Assembly (NCBI GenBank): GCA_002269645.1
Contig: NIVC01000858.1
Coordinates: forward strand, 201,219-265,218
Origin: Macrostomum lignano
Lineage: Eukaryota
Length of the DNA stretch: 64,000 bases
Direction: 5' to 3'
Shown here: positions 26,401-38,793 of the stretch, in pieces
How the letters are laid out: every line of letters starts with the position of its first letter
How positions within the stretch are numbered: position 1 is the first letter of the stretch
Translations under genes and position numbers: made by a program
The notes under the pieces: generated by a model
The model's database searches: none
Told to the model about the DNA's origin: nothing
The model's input: the letters and a program-made list of their open reading frames with translations, nothing else

Positions 26401-27240
26401 AATTTGTAGAAGATAAACTATTATAGAATATAAAATTATTTTTATGTAATTGCAAGAGAAGTCATTTGGTTACTGTCAATGAAAAAAACACTTTTTATAA
26501 AATTGTAACATTTCAGTATGCACACCTGGTAAATAGATAAAATTATATTTCTGTTAGGAATTTTGTGTTGCCTTAAAGCTTTTCTTTGATTAAACACTAA
26601 TAAGCTATAGCTAGTATATATAAATATAATAGTTTTTGAATAGCTTTTAGTTCAAGTATAATTTAAAGATTTCTATCTTTTGAAAGTTTCTATTTCTCAT
26701 GGATTGACTGCTAGTTGGCAAATATAGCTCTAGCAAATGTTTAGTTAACAATTGAATTTTCTATCATATATGTAGTAGACTAAAAGCTTTTGTGCTATTA
26801 TTTTGATAGGCTTAGAAAATTTTGGCTTTTAATAAAAGTCTTGCAATTAATTATACTGTTAGATGGGATTTTTTATGTTATATTGTTGCAAATGCTACTA
26901 AAATTTCTAATTGCAACCAGTTCAAGCCTTCTGATATTATAGTAATGCTGAATATTTGTAGGCATTAAATTCCACGTATATAAGATGGATAATGAGTGAT
27001 TTATGTATTGCATTTTAAACATTGTACATACACATGTTCATATGTCTACTTATCAATAGGCATAAGTAGACTGCTGTGGCATGATGCTCTTTATCCCAAG
27101 GTGCATTAGACTTGGTCTGGTTTAGTATATGCTGTAACTAGTTGGCCTGGACATGGCTTGAATTGCATGCCTGTTTTGCTAACACAGGTTATGCATTCCA
27201 AAGCCAGATTTACAAGTATAAAATTTCATTCTGCTATCTC

Positions 27241-29466
27241 ATGGAGGACCCGGCGCTAGAGATCCATTTCAAGGGCCACAAGGACGCCATCACCAGCGTT
27301 GACTTCTCGCCCAACGGCAAGCAGCTGGTGTCCGGCTCTCTGGATGGCAACCTCACCATATGGAACTTCAGGCCGCAGTCCCGCGCCTTCCGCTTCATGG
27401 GCCACAAGGAGGCCGTGATGGGCGTCCGCTTCTCCCCCACCGGCCAGCTGGTCGCCTCCGCCTCTCGCGACAAAACCGTTCGCCTGTGGACGCCGAGCGT
27501 CAAAGGCGAGAGCACCGCTTTCCGCGGCCACACGGCCGGCGTGCGGGCCGTTGACTTCACCGCCGACAACGAGCGGCTGCTCACCGGCTCGGACGACAAG
27601 ACCGTGAAAGTGTGGACTGTGCAGCGGCAGAAGTTCCTGTTCTCCCTCAGCCGCCACGTGAACTGGGTGAAGTGCGCTCGGTTCAGCCCGAGGGCCGCCT
27701 CATCGTGTCCGGCTCGGATGACAAAACCGTGCGCCTGTGGGACTGCCAGTCGCAGGACTGCGTCAGCACCTTCCAGGAGCACGGCGGCCTGGTCAACGAT
27801 GTGCAGTTCCACCCGGCCGGCAACTGTGTGGCCGCGGCCGCCTCAGACGGGTCCGTGAAGATCTGGGACATCCGCATGAACAAGCTGGTGCAGCACTACC
27901 CGGTGCACGAGGGCCCCGCCAATGGCATCGCCTTCCATCCCAGCGGCAACTTCCTGCTGTCCGCCGGCGACGACTCCACCCTGCGCCTGTACGACCTGCT
28001 GGAGGGCCGCCTCATCTACACGCTGCGCGGCCACGACGGCGCCGTCACCGCCTGCAGCTTCAGTGTGTGCGGCGCCAACTTCGCGTCAGGCGGCGCCGAT
28101 CAGCAGGTGTTCCTGTGGCGGACCAACTTCGATCAGGGCGCTGGTGGAGCGCCGCAGGCGGAGACCATGGAGGTTGGCGAGGTGAGGCTGCGGCTAGAGT
28201 CGCCTGACGCGTCCTGGGTTTCTGGGAGTTTCTGGTTTCCAATTCGGGTTTAACGCACAGAAGCGCTGAGGGGGACCCGAAAGGCACAGTGAAATTTCAG
28301 TTACTGGGTGTGTTTTGCTTCTCTAGGGTTCGAGCTGTCAACACCTGTCGAATATTTAACCTTCACATCACCATGCTGAACTCTCGCAGCCGGCTCAGCC
28401 GCGCAAACAGCAGCAGGACGGAAGCCGACCCAGCCGCCAGTCCGGACACCAGCAGCAGCCTCTGGCCGGCCAGCGATCGGCCGAGCTGGCCAGCAGCTCC
28501 CGTCTCGTCACCGACGTTGGCCGGCACGGCGGCCGAGGCCCTTCGTCGGCATTCGATGACAGCCTGCCGCGGCCGAGTTTGGCGGCGCCAGTCAACGGCG
28601 GCGGGGTGGCGGCCGTCGGCAGCTCAACCGAGCAGCAGCAGCAGCCGGGCTCTGTGCCGCCCGTCATTGCCAACACGCTGGAGCACGTTGTCAGGCAGCT
28701 GGACATCCTCACGCAGGTGCGGGATTTGAGTGACGAATTTGCACTTTTTCTAGTGTGAACGGTGGGACCTGTTCACCCTGACAATGCTGGCAGATTTGCA
28801 CTATTTTCTAGTGTGAACGGTGGGACCTGTTCACCCTGACAATGCTGGCAGATTTGCACTATTTTCTACTGTGAACGGTGGGACCTGTTCACCCTGACAA
28901 TGCTGGGAGATTTGCACTATTTTCTAGTGTGAACAGTGGGACCTGTTCACCCTGGCAATGCTGGCAGATTTGCACTATTTTCTAGTGTGAACAGTGGGAC
29001 CTGTTCACCCTGGCAATGCTGGCAGATTTGCACTATTTTCTAGTGCGAACAGTGGAACCTGTTCACCCTGACCATGATGGCAGATTTGCACTATTTTCTA
29101 GTGTTAACAGTGGGACCTGTTCATCCTGGCAATGCTGGCAGATTTGCACTATTTTCTAGTGTGATCAGTGGGACCTGTTCAGCCTGGCATTGTGGCAACG
29201 CTGGTAGATTTGCACTTTCTTAGAAATCGAATTCGAACTTGTGATAGTCCAGCATCTTGCGTGTTGTCAGCTGGTCTCAACCGCTGAGAGAGGACCCCAG
29301 TCGCTGACACATCATATATGCATCAATGGCTGCCATTTGTCATATCAAGTCATACCCACCCTCCCCCGCATTGCAGACCGTGTCCATCCTGGAGCAGCGG
29401 CTCACCTTGACGGAGAACAAGCTGAAGGACGTGCTGGACTCGCAGAGGCCACCGTCAGCCAAGTAG
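27241..29466 (+). CDS. POC1: POC1 centriolar WD40 protein, 3 exons (27241-28181, 28390-28716, 29377-29466), with a 1-nt frameshift at about 27690
   Basis: Starts [23 protein letters not shown] and has seven WD repeats. The C-terminal Poc1 coiled coil [13 protein letters not shown]|[16 protein letters not shown] is assembled across phase-0 GT-AG introns. Confidence 0.93.
28735..29215. repeat. 58-bp intronic minisatellite (~8 copies) with an internal hairpin GTGAAC(A/G)G-TGGGAC-CTGTTCAC
   Basis: Period 58 (GATTTGCAC at 28793 and 28851). It lies in POC1 intron 2. Confidence 0.92.
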
Positions 29467-29496
29467 CTGCTGACAGAAAGCTGCAGTCGCAGAGTT

Positions 29497-29623
29497 GGCT
29501 GGCATTGAGCAGGCTGGCATTGAGCAGGCTGGCATTGAGCAGGCTGGCGTTGAGCAGGCTGGCATTGAGCAGGCTGGCATTGAGCAGGCTGGCATTGAGC
29601 AGGCTGGCATTGAGCAGGCTGGC
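29497..29623. repeat. 15-bp repeat GGCTGGCATTGAGCA (~8 copies) in the POC1 3' region
   Basis: Directly visible. Confidence 0.92.
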
Positions 29624-30091
29624 CCACCAGCTCACTGAAGACTTTGCAGTTGCTTTCTGCTCTGTGCTGCTCTCCGTTGCTGTTTTATCCTGATCTGGGC
29701 GGGCCCGATCTTCATGTGTTCCACTGTATTTGTGTGACAATTCAAAACTGCTAGGGATCTACTTTGTTGGGATTCTGGCGAGCTCAAATAGAGAATTTAG
29801 CCTCGCTTAGCTTCATCTCTCCGTCCGTTGACTGCCAATCGAGTTATTAGCATTCCCATATTGTTTCATTCTAATGCCGGTTTTGCGAACTAAGTGAAAT
29901 ATTTTGACTTAATTGTTCTTGCGTTCAGTTTGCTGCTAATATTCATAGTAAATAAATTATTACTTATGCGACATTGCCTGGGAGAGATCCTGTGCGGCTT
30001 GGCTTCTCTTATTTCAATTGCCAATCAAATTTTAATTAAGAGACTGTAGTAATAGTGTTAAGACTAAATTAATTCTTTTAATGCTCTCAGA

Positions 30092-30503
30092 CTGAGCAGC
30101 CAGCCTCCCAGATCCTCAGGCTGAGCAGCCAGCCTCCCCAGATCCTCAGGCTGAGCAGCCAGCCTCCCAGATCCTCAGGCTGAGCAGCCAGCCTCCCAGA
30201 TCCTCAGGCTGAGCAGCCAGCCTCCCAGATCCTCAGGCTGAGCAGCCAGCCTCCCCAGATCCTCAGGCTGAGCAGCCAGCCTCCCAGATCCTCAGACTGA
30301 GCAGCCAGCCTCCCAGATCCTCAGGCTGAGCAGCCAGCCTCCCAGATCCTCAGGCTGAGCAGCCAGCCTCCCAGATCCTCAGGCTGAGCAGCCAGCCTCC
30401 CAGATCCTCAGGCTGAGCAGCCAGCCTCCCAGATCCTCAGCCTGAGTAGCCAGCCTCCCAGATCCTCAGGCTGAGCAGCCAGCCTCCCAGATCCACAGGC
30501 TGA
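30092..30503. repeat. 29/30-bp minisatellite CTGAGCAGCCAGCCTCCCAGATCCTCAGG (~14 copies) between POC1 and CCT8
   Basis: Directly visible. Confidence 0.95.
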
Positions 30504-30618
30504 CAGTCGAAAATCAGTTTATCTGGACATTCGAAGCAGTTTAGGGACTCTCTGATCGCAGGCAGCATCTCAACCTTCGGCACTGTTTTATCCCCCGCTG
30601 CTCTAGCAACCGCCCACA

Positions 30619-33600
30619 ATGGCCCTGCACGTTCCCCGAGCCCCCGGCTTCTACTCCATGATGAAGGAGGGCGCCCGACACTACGCCGGCATGGACGAGG
30701 CCGTGTTCCGCAACATCGAGGCCTGCTGCCAGATGAGCGGCATGACCAGCACCTGCTACGGGCCAGTCGGCATGAACAAGATTGTCATCAATCACATCGG
30801 CAAGCACTTCATAACCAAGGACGCCGCCACCGTGCTGCAGGAGCTGGAGGTGGCCCACCCGGCCGCCAAGATGCTGGTGCTGTCCAGCAAGCAGCAGGAG
30901 CAGGAGGCCGGCGACGGCACCAACCTCTGCCTCATGCTGGCCGGCTTCCTGCTTAAGGAGGCCGAGAGCGTGTTGCGCATGGGCCTCAGCCCCACCGAGG
31001 TTGTGGCCGGCTATGAGAAAGCGCTGGAGATGGCGCAGAAGATGCTTGAAGACCAGATTGTTGGTCAGGTGAGCATTTGGCCAGTGTGTGGCGGAATTGC
31101 ATTGCATCATGCAGTCAGTTTGATGGCCATAGCAACTTTTTGTAGCGATTTGATGACCACGTGGCTATTTAGTCACTCGATGCTTTTACGATCAGTTGAT
31201 GCTCATAGGATCACACAAAGGTCATGCAATCAGTCGATGCTCATAGGATCACACAAAGGTCATGCAATCACTCGATGCTCATAGATCACACAAAGGTCAT
31301 GCAATCACTCGAAGCTCATAGGATCACACAAAGGTCATACAATCATTCGATGATCATACGGTCACTCGATGCTCATTCGGTCACTTTTTGGCCATCTGGT
31401 CACTCGGTGGTCATACTATCACGGGTCATTCAATCACTCGGTGGTCATACGATCACTCGGTGGTCATACGATCACTTGGTGGTCATACGGGCACTCGGTG
31501 GTCATACGGTCACTCGGTGGTCATACGGTCACTCGGTGGTGATACGCTCACACTAAGGCATGATTAGCCCGCGAGTATCGCGCCTCCCCTCACTCCCCCT
31601 CCCCAGGTGAGCGACGTTCGCGACATCGCTCAGGTGGAGCCGCTGATCCGCTGCGCCGTGATGTCCAAGCAGTTCGGCCTGCACGAACGCCTGGCCCGCC
31701 TGATCAGCGAGGCCTGCATCAGCGTGCTGCCCCAGGGCGGCCACTTCGATGTGGACCGCGTACGCGTCTGCAAGGTGCTGGGCGGCTCCGTTGACGGCTC
31801 CCGCCTCATCGGCGGCATGGTGTTCCGCCGGGCCGCCGAGGGCGACGTCACCCAGGTGATCCCGGAGAGCGGCCGCGTCAAGGTGGCCGTGTTCGCCTGC
31901 CCGGTGGACTTCCTGCAGACGGAGACCAAGGGCACCGTGCTGATGGAGACGGCCGCCGAGCTGGCCAACTTCTCGGTTGAGGAGGAGCGAATCATGGAGG
32001 CCCAGGTGCGCAGCCTGGCCGAGGCCGGGGCCCGGGTTGTGGTGAGCGGCGGCAAGGTGGGCGAGCTGGCCCTGCACTACCTGAACCACTACAACATCCT
32101 GGCTCTGCGGGTGTCCTCCAAGTTCGACCTGCGCCGCCTGGCCACCGCCACTGGCGCCATCGCCCTGCCGCGCCTCACCACGCCAACCGCGGAAGAGATG
32201 GGCTCCTGCTCCCGCGTGGTCACCCAGGAGGTCGGCGACACCAACGTAGTGGTGTTCGAGGTGAGACTGCATGTGCTTTGCGTCTGAAGCCACCGATGAC
32301 TGACCGATATTTGGAGGGGCAGAGCAGCTCGGCTGTTAACGCGTCTTCGGCTCTCTCGCCAACCATCTGTATACTGGATAAGCCATCTGTATACTCGATG
32401 AGCCATCTGTATACTGAATGAGCCATCTGTATACTGGATAAGCCAACTGTATACTGAATGAGCCATCTGTATACTGGATAAGCCAACTGTATACTGGATA
32501 AGCTATCTGTATACTGGATAAGCCATCTGTATACTGAATGAGCCATCTGTATACTGGATAAGCCATCTGTATACTCGATGAGCCATCTGTATACTGAATG
32601 AGCCATCTGTATACTCGATGAGCCATCTGTATACTGAATGAGCCATCTGTATACTGGATAAGCCAACTGTATACTGAATGAGCCATCTGTATACTGGATA
32701 AGCCAACTGTATACTGGATAAGCTATCTGTATACCGGATAAGCCATCTGTATACTGAATGAGCCATCTGTATACTGGATAAGCCATCTGTATACTCGATG
32801 AGCCATCTGTATACTGAATGAGCCATCTGTATACTGGATAAGCCAACTGTATACTGAATGAGCCATCTGTATACTGGATAAGCCAACTGTATACTGGATA
32901 AGCTATCTGTATACCGGATAAGCCATCTGTATACTGAATGAGCCATCTGTATACTGGATAAGCCATCTGTATACTCGATGAGCCATCTGTATACTGAATG
33001 AGCCATCTGTATACTGGATAAGCCATCTGTATACTGGATAAGCCATCTGTATACTGGATAAGCCATCTGTATACTGGATAAGCCATCTGTATACTGGATA
33101 AGCCATCTGTATACTGGATAAGCCATCTGTATACTGGATAAGCCACCTGTTTACTGGATAAGCCATCTGTATACTCGATAAGCCATCTGTATACTCGATA
33201 AGCCATCTGTATACTGGATAAGCCACCTGTATACTGGATAAGCCACCTGTATACTGGATGAGCCATCTGTATACTGGATAAGCCACCTGTATACTGGATA
33301 AGCCATCTGTATACTGGATAAGCCACCTGTATACTGGATAAGCCACCTGTATACTGGATAAGCCATCTGTATACTGGATAAGCCATCTGTATACTGGATA
33401 AGCCATCTGTATACTGGATAAGCCATCTGTATACTGGATAAGCCATCTGTATACTGGATGAGCCATCTGTATACTGGATAAGCCATCTGTATACTGGATA
33501 AGCCATCCGTATACTGGATGAGCCATCTGTATACTGGATAAGCCATCTGTATACTCGATAAGCCATCTGTATACTGGATAAGCTATCTGTATACTGGATA

Positions 33601-34703
33601 AGCCATCTGTATACTGGATAAGCCATCTGTATACTGGATAAGCCCCACCTCTGCTCCATCTGTATACTGGATAAGCCCCACCCCTGTTCCATCTGTATAC
33701 TGGATAAGCCCCACCTCTGCTCCATCTGTATACTGGATAAGCCCCACCCCTGTTCCATCTGTATACTGGATAAGCCCCACCCCTGTTCCATCTGTATACT
33801 GGATAAGCCCCACCCCTGTTCCATCTGTATACTGGATAAGCCCCACCCCTGTTCCATCTGTATACTGGATAAGCCCCACCCCTGTTCCATCTGTATACTG
33901 GATAAGCCCCACCCCTGTTCCATCTGTATACTGGATAAGCCCCGCCTCTGCTCCATCTGTATACTGGATAAGCCCCGCCTCTGCTCCATCTGTATACTGG
34001 ATAAGCCCCGCCTCTGCTCCATCTGTATACTGGATAAGCCCCGCCTCTGCTCCATCTGTATACTGGATAAGCCCCGCCTCTGCTCCATCTGTATACTGGA
34101 TAAGCCCCGCCTCTGCTCCATCTGTATACTGGATAAGCCCCGCCTCTGCGCCGCTTCCAGGAGGACAACTGCAAGATCTCCACCGTGCTGCTCCGCGCCA
34201 GCACCGAGAACCTCCTAGACGATCTCGAGCGGGCCGTTGACGACGGCGTCAACGCCTACAAGGCGCTGACCCGCAACCCCCGCTTCGTGTCTGGCGGCGG
34301 CGCCACCGAGGCCGCCCTGGCCGTGAAGCTGGCGGCGGCCGCCGAGGCGGAGCCGGGCCTGGAGCAGTACGCCATCTCCCGCTTCGCCAACGCTCTGGAC
34401 GCCGTAGTGAAGACCCTGGCCACCAACTGCTGCCTGAACGGGGCCGAGACGCTGAGCAAAATCCACGCCGAGCTGGCGGCCGGCCGCAAGCACATCGGCA
34501 TCTTCTGCGACCCGGACAGCGGCGAGTCGGCCGTGGCCAATGTGTCCGAGCGGGGCCTGTCCGACCTGCTGCTGGTGAAGCAGTGGGCCCTCCGCCTGGC
34601 CTGCCGCTCCGCCTGCACTGTGCTCAGCGTGGACGAGATCATCATGTCCAGGCCGGCCGGCGGCCCGAAGCCGCGCGGACCCGGCGGAGACGATGACGAT
34701 TGA
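30619..34703 (+). CDS. CCT8: T-complex protein 1 subunit theta, 3 exons (30619-31068, 31607-32260, 34161-34703), about 548 aa
   Basis: N-terminus MALHVPRAPGF..MMKEGA is typical of CCT8. It also has YGP.GMNK, GDGTN, VSSKFDLRRL, DDLERAVDDGVN, FVSGGGATE and LSVDEIIMSRPAGGPKP. Both introns are phase-0 GT-AG. Confidence 0.97.
31190..31550. repeat. Composite ~39-bp and ~19-bp diverged repeats in CCT8 intron 1
   Basis: GATGCTCATAGGATCACACAAAGGTCATGCAATCA repeats grade into GGTCATACGGTCACTCGGT repeats. Confidence 0.8.
32362..34148. repeat. CCT8 intron 2 array: 20-bp ATCTGTATACTGGATAAGCC (~64 copies), then a 33-bp derivative (~15 copies)
   Basis: Directly visible. A 180-bp higher-order period occurs at about 32700-33000. 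Confidence 0.96.
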
Positions 34704-35349
34704 AGGAAGCTGAGCCGCTGATCCAGGATCCGGGTGCGGGGCCCGTTGCTAAGAGACCGATAGAGTGACAATTGCTGATTGGCTGAGGCTTGGAAGCTGC
34801 AATGTCTGCTTTGCTTGTTTTCTTCTTTTTTACTTTCTACCCGCCGTTTTTTACGCACCGAACTGACTGGAAGCTTCAATACTAGGCTGGGGTGGCCCTT
34901 CTGCCCGAACAACTCATTGTTAACTGATTCCGCAAGTTTCTAATAGCAGCAAATTGTTAGCGCAGTGTTTATCCAGCTGTCTTTGCTCCCACTTATTTAG
35001 TTTATCAAAATATACCAGCCAAGACTTAGGACTGACTGAATGTTCCCCATCTCCCACTAGGCAGACGGCTTGAATTGCGTTCGCCTATTCCAGCTGAGAC
35101 AGGTAGGCTATAAAAAAAGGTTTGCTTTGACAACAGAAATACACACGGGCTGCGGCCGCGACTTGTTGAATCTGATCAATGCCGCCTGTGGCTTGCGATC
35201 TGACTTGATTTATTTTCCTTCTATTTTACTTTTAACGCAGTATTCTTATTCAGATTCAGTAGCTATAGTACCGTCTGTCCAAACATTCACTGTTCTCTGT
35301 GTTATTTTCAATGGGTTTATATTGGTAATCACTGGTAGTATCTTAGCCG

Positions 35350-35665
35350 TCAGCAGTGTCATCAGCCGCAATGTCAGCAGTGTCATCAGCCGTAATGTCA
35401 GCAGTGTAATCAGCCGCAATGTCAGCAGTGTCATCAGTCGTAATGTCAGCAGTGTCATCAGCCGCAATGTCAGCAGTGTCATCAGTCGTAATGTCAGCAG
35501 TGTCATCAGTCGCATTGTCAGCAGTGTCATCAGTCGTAATGTCAGCAGTGTCATCAGTCGCATTGTCAGCAGTGTCATCAGTCGCATTGTCAGCAGTGTA
35601 ATCAGTCGCATTGTCAGCAGTATAATCAGTCGCATTGTCAGCAGTGTCATCAGCCGCAGTGTCAG
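35350..35665. repeat. 24-bp repeat (~13 copies) beginning at the NPAS4-like stop codon
   Basis: Minus-strand unit is TGA CA(A/T) T(G/A)C G(A/G)C TGA T(G/T)A CAC TGC. Confidence 0.93.
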
Positions 35666-37160
35666 CAGTCGCAGTGGTAGTGAGCATACATATCGGAGTA
35701 AGCGCCCTGGCAGCAGTCGCAGACGCAGTAGTCGTACCAGGCGTCCTCTGTCGCGTAGGCGGGATTCCAATCGGCCGCGATGTCGCAGCCGAAGCCGGGC
35801 TCCTCAGCTGTGGCGATGGCCTCCTCGGCAATGAGGCACCTATTCAGGTGGGTGAACAGGCGCAGAGCCGGCAGCTGCGCGAGCTCGGCCAGCCGGTAGC
35901 CGCAGCGCAACCCGGTCACGGCGCCCGTTGTCGAGTCCAGCACGGCGCGCAGGCTGGCCAGACAGGCGGGCCCCGGCTGGCCGTCCGGCCTGAGCAGCCG
36001 CAGGGCAGCGCGGGCCTGGCGGTCGGGGCTGGCCAGAGCCTCGGCGTGCATCCGGCTGGCCAGGCTGAGGTCACCAGGATGCAGCAAGCGGTACCAGCTG
36101 TGCCCGGCTGCCAGACCGGGGAAGTGGTCCAGGAACAGCTGGGAGGCGGAGCGCAGCCGCATGTCCAGCTCGTGCAGCGTCAGCAGGTCCAGCGTGCCAG
36201 CTGGAGCGGGTCCGGCTGATTCCTCCTGCAGCAAGCGGCACTCGGCCAGCAGCAGCCTGTGCTGGTGCTGATGCTGAATTGATGGATGCTCGTAGTAGTA
36301 GGCCAGGTGCGGCGACGTGACCTCTCGGATGCTCAAGGTCACGTTCTGAGCGGTGGCTGCAAAGCATTCGGTTACTGAAATTCACCTGTGCCACATCTAT
36401 ATATGCGCTTGACACTTGGAAACTACAGGAAACTCCAAGCTTGACAATTGGGAAACTACAGGAAACTCCAAGCTTGACAATTGGGAAACTACAGGAAACT
36501 CCAAGCTTGACACTTGGGAAACTACAGGTAACTCCAAGCTTGAAACTTTGGGACAATACAACTACAAGACCCCGAGTTTAGAGGCTCGCCTTGCAATTTT
36601 GTCAAAGTTTCCATGCAAAAGCTGAACTCACGGGCCGGCATATCGCCTCCTCCATTTTCATCATTCTCTCCAGTCTGCTGCTGCTGCTGCGGCTGCTTTT
36701 TCTGCCTGGCCGTCTGGCTGACCAGAAATGCCAGCTCGCGGTTGCCCGCGACCTGTCCGTCCAGCAGCTGCTCCGGATTGGTGGGCAGGTCCAGCAGCTG
36801 GTCCAGGCTGCGGCACTGCGCCATCAGCTCCGTGTTTGTTTTCGGCAGGAACTGGTTGCAGTTGTCCGATATGTACAAAATCTCCAACTGCTGGTTCATC
36901 AGCACGAAGAAGAAGTCCAACGCGGCGCACGCCTCCGCGTTGCTAGGGGCAGTCTGGTCGTACAGCCCGTGCGGCAGAGTTGGCGGCATGTGCATGAGCT
37001 TCTTCAAGTAGGTGTTGGTCAGAGATAGAATGTGCAGATAGGACAGCTTCTTGGTGATCGACCTCGGCAGCGGCAGGCACTTCTTGAGCTCCACAATTTC
37101 CCTGTTGATTGACTCGCGCCTCACCTTGGAGGTCAGCTTGGGAAACAGCCCGCCGCTCAT
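35662..37160 (-). CDS. NPAS4: bHLH-PAS transcription factor, NPAS4/dysfusion-like, 2 exons (37160-36632, 36356-35662), about 407 aa
   Basis: bHLH reads SKVRRESINREIVELKKCLPL...LSYLHILSL. PAS-A reads FFFVL...ILYISD...ELMAQCRSLDQLLD. PAS-B reads SWYRLLHPGDL. The phase-1 intron (GTGAGT...TTTGCAG) keeps the frame open. Confidence 0.85.
36415..36545. repeat. 33-bp repeat (~4 copies) in the NPAS4-like intron
   Basis: GGGAAACTACAGGAAACTCCAAGCTTGACAATT. Confidence 0.9.
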
Positions 37161-37723
37161 CTCTGCTTACAGCGTCGGATTTGTCTCAGGCCAAGAGAGT
37201 CTTGGATGTTAAATACGGCCGGAAAAACTTCGCTGCCAACCCATGATTAGCCCGCAGTTGCCGCTCCACAGTGATTAGCACGACTTGCTTCAGTGACTCC
37301 GTGTGCCTCCCATCTGCCATGGCGTTAGTCCCAGTCAAGCTTATCTATCTCTGCCATCAGAGTTAGGTCTGGTCCTGTTTATTAACTCTCTTAACTGTTT
37401 TTTAAAGCTTATTTCTTAATTTCGATGATCTGCGGTCGAATATATGGGTATTAGTCGTGTCTAATTATTGGCCAGTGATCTCCTTTACTGATAATATCTT
37501 GGGTTTGTTCCGGCAGCTCTGCTTTTTAGTCCTCCTATTTGCTCAGCCACTGTCTGTCAAAACCAGAACGCAAACAAATTTTTAAAGCCACAAGATAATC
37601 GAAACTGATCGTGTATAATTTATTGAGTAAATTTATCGCAATACAGAAAAGGCACAGTAGGAGCTGCTCATGCTCAATGATCAATTATTGTGGCAATGAG
37701 TTCATAATCAGCTAGGAGATTGC

Positions 37724-38023
<300 letters not shown>

Positions 38024-38793
38024 TTAGCTAACGGAGTTCGTGTGCGTTTTGAGTTGCTGCGGCTGCGCTTGTCTTGTGGCCGCCTGTCCGGCCTGTCTTT
38101 ATGGCCTTCGGCTTCTCGGTGGCTTAGCTGCTGGTTTAGCTTCGCCCGCAGGAGTTTAGCTGCTCCGGCAGCTCGCTATTGGCTGGGCCAGGCCAGCTTG
38201 CCTGCAGGCCTTGGGCTCAGGTCGTTTAGCTGCAGTGCCCACCCTTGCGGCCCTCCATTCACTGGCGACCACCTCAAGTTCGCTTGTTTGCCGCTGTCAA
38301 TGAGAGCCTAATTGCTAGGGTGGGCGGCTGGGTCTGCCCGGCTCGAGTTTCTAGAGTTTTCCGCGCGAGCAGTTACTCGAAAATCTGCGAGATGAAATTG
38401 CCCTGGTGACCGTGCTTTTGTAGTTCTCAGAATTTGGATAACCCCTGTTGCATTTTTTCTCTTTGTGGCTGCTTTGTTGACAGCCAAACCGCTGGATGTT
38501 TCTTACGCATTGCCGACTGTTTGCGTTATTTCTCACGCATGCTGACTGGCTTTTGTTTAATAGCTTATGAAAGTGGCGCTGCATCAGTGAAGCTCGTCTA
38601 TTTCCTCTGCAATCTATATCGATTTCATCGTACCTTTGGTTTGGGTATTTGGTTTAGGGTACTCCTTTGGTATTCCAATACGCCTTCCAATTGATTTCTA
38701 GATTAAAATTTGAATTTTTTTTCCATAATGTTGCTGCATTTTTTACTTTAATATAGCTGATAATTCAAGACTGCCATTTTACTTCATTTGCAG

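Noticed and set aside
32220-34252. 633-aa and 449-aa minus-strand ORFs
   Set aside because: They are translations of the 20/33-bp intronic array antisense to CCT8, with no domain content.
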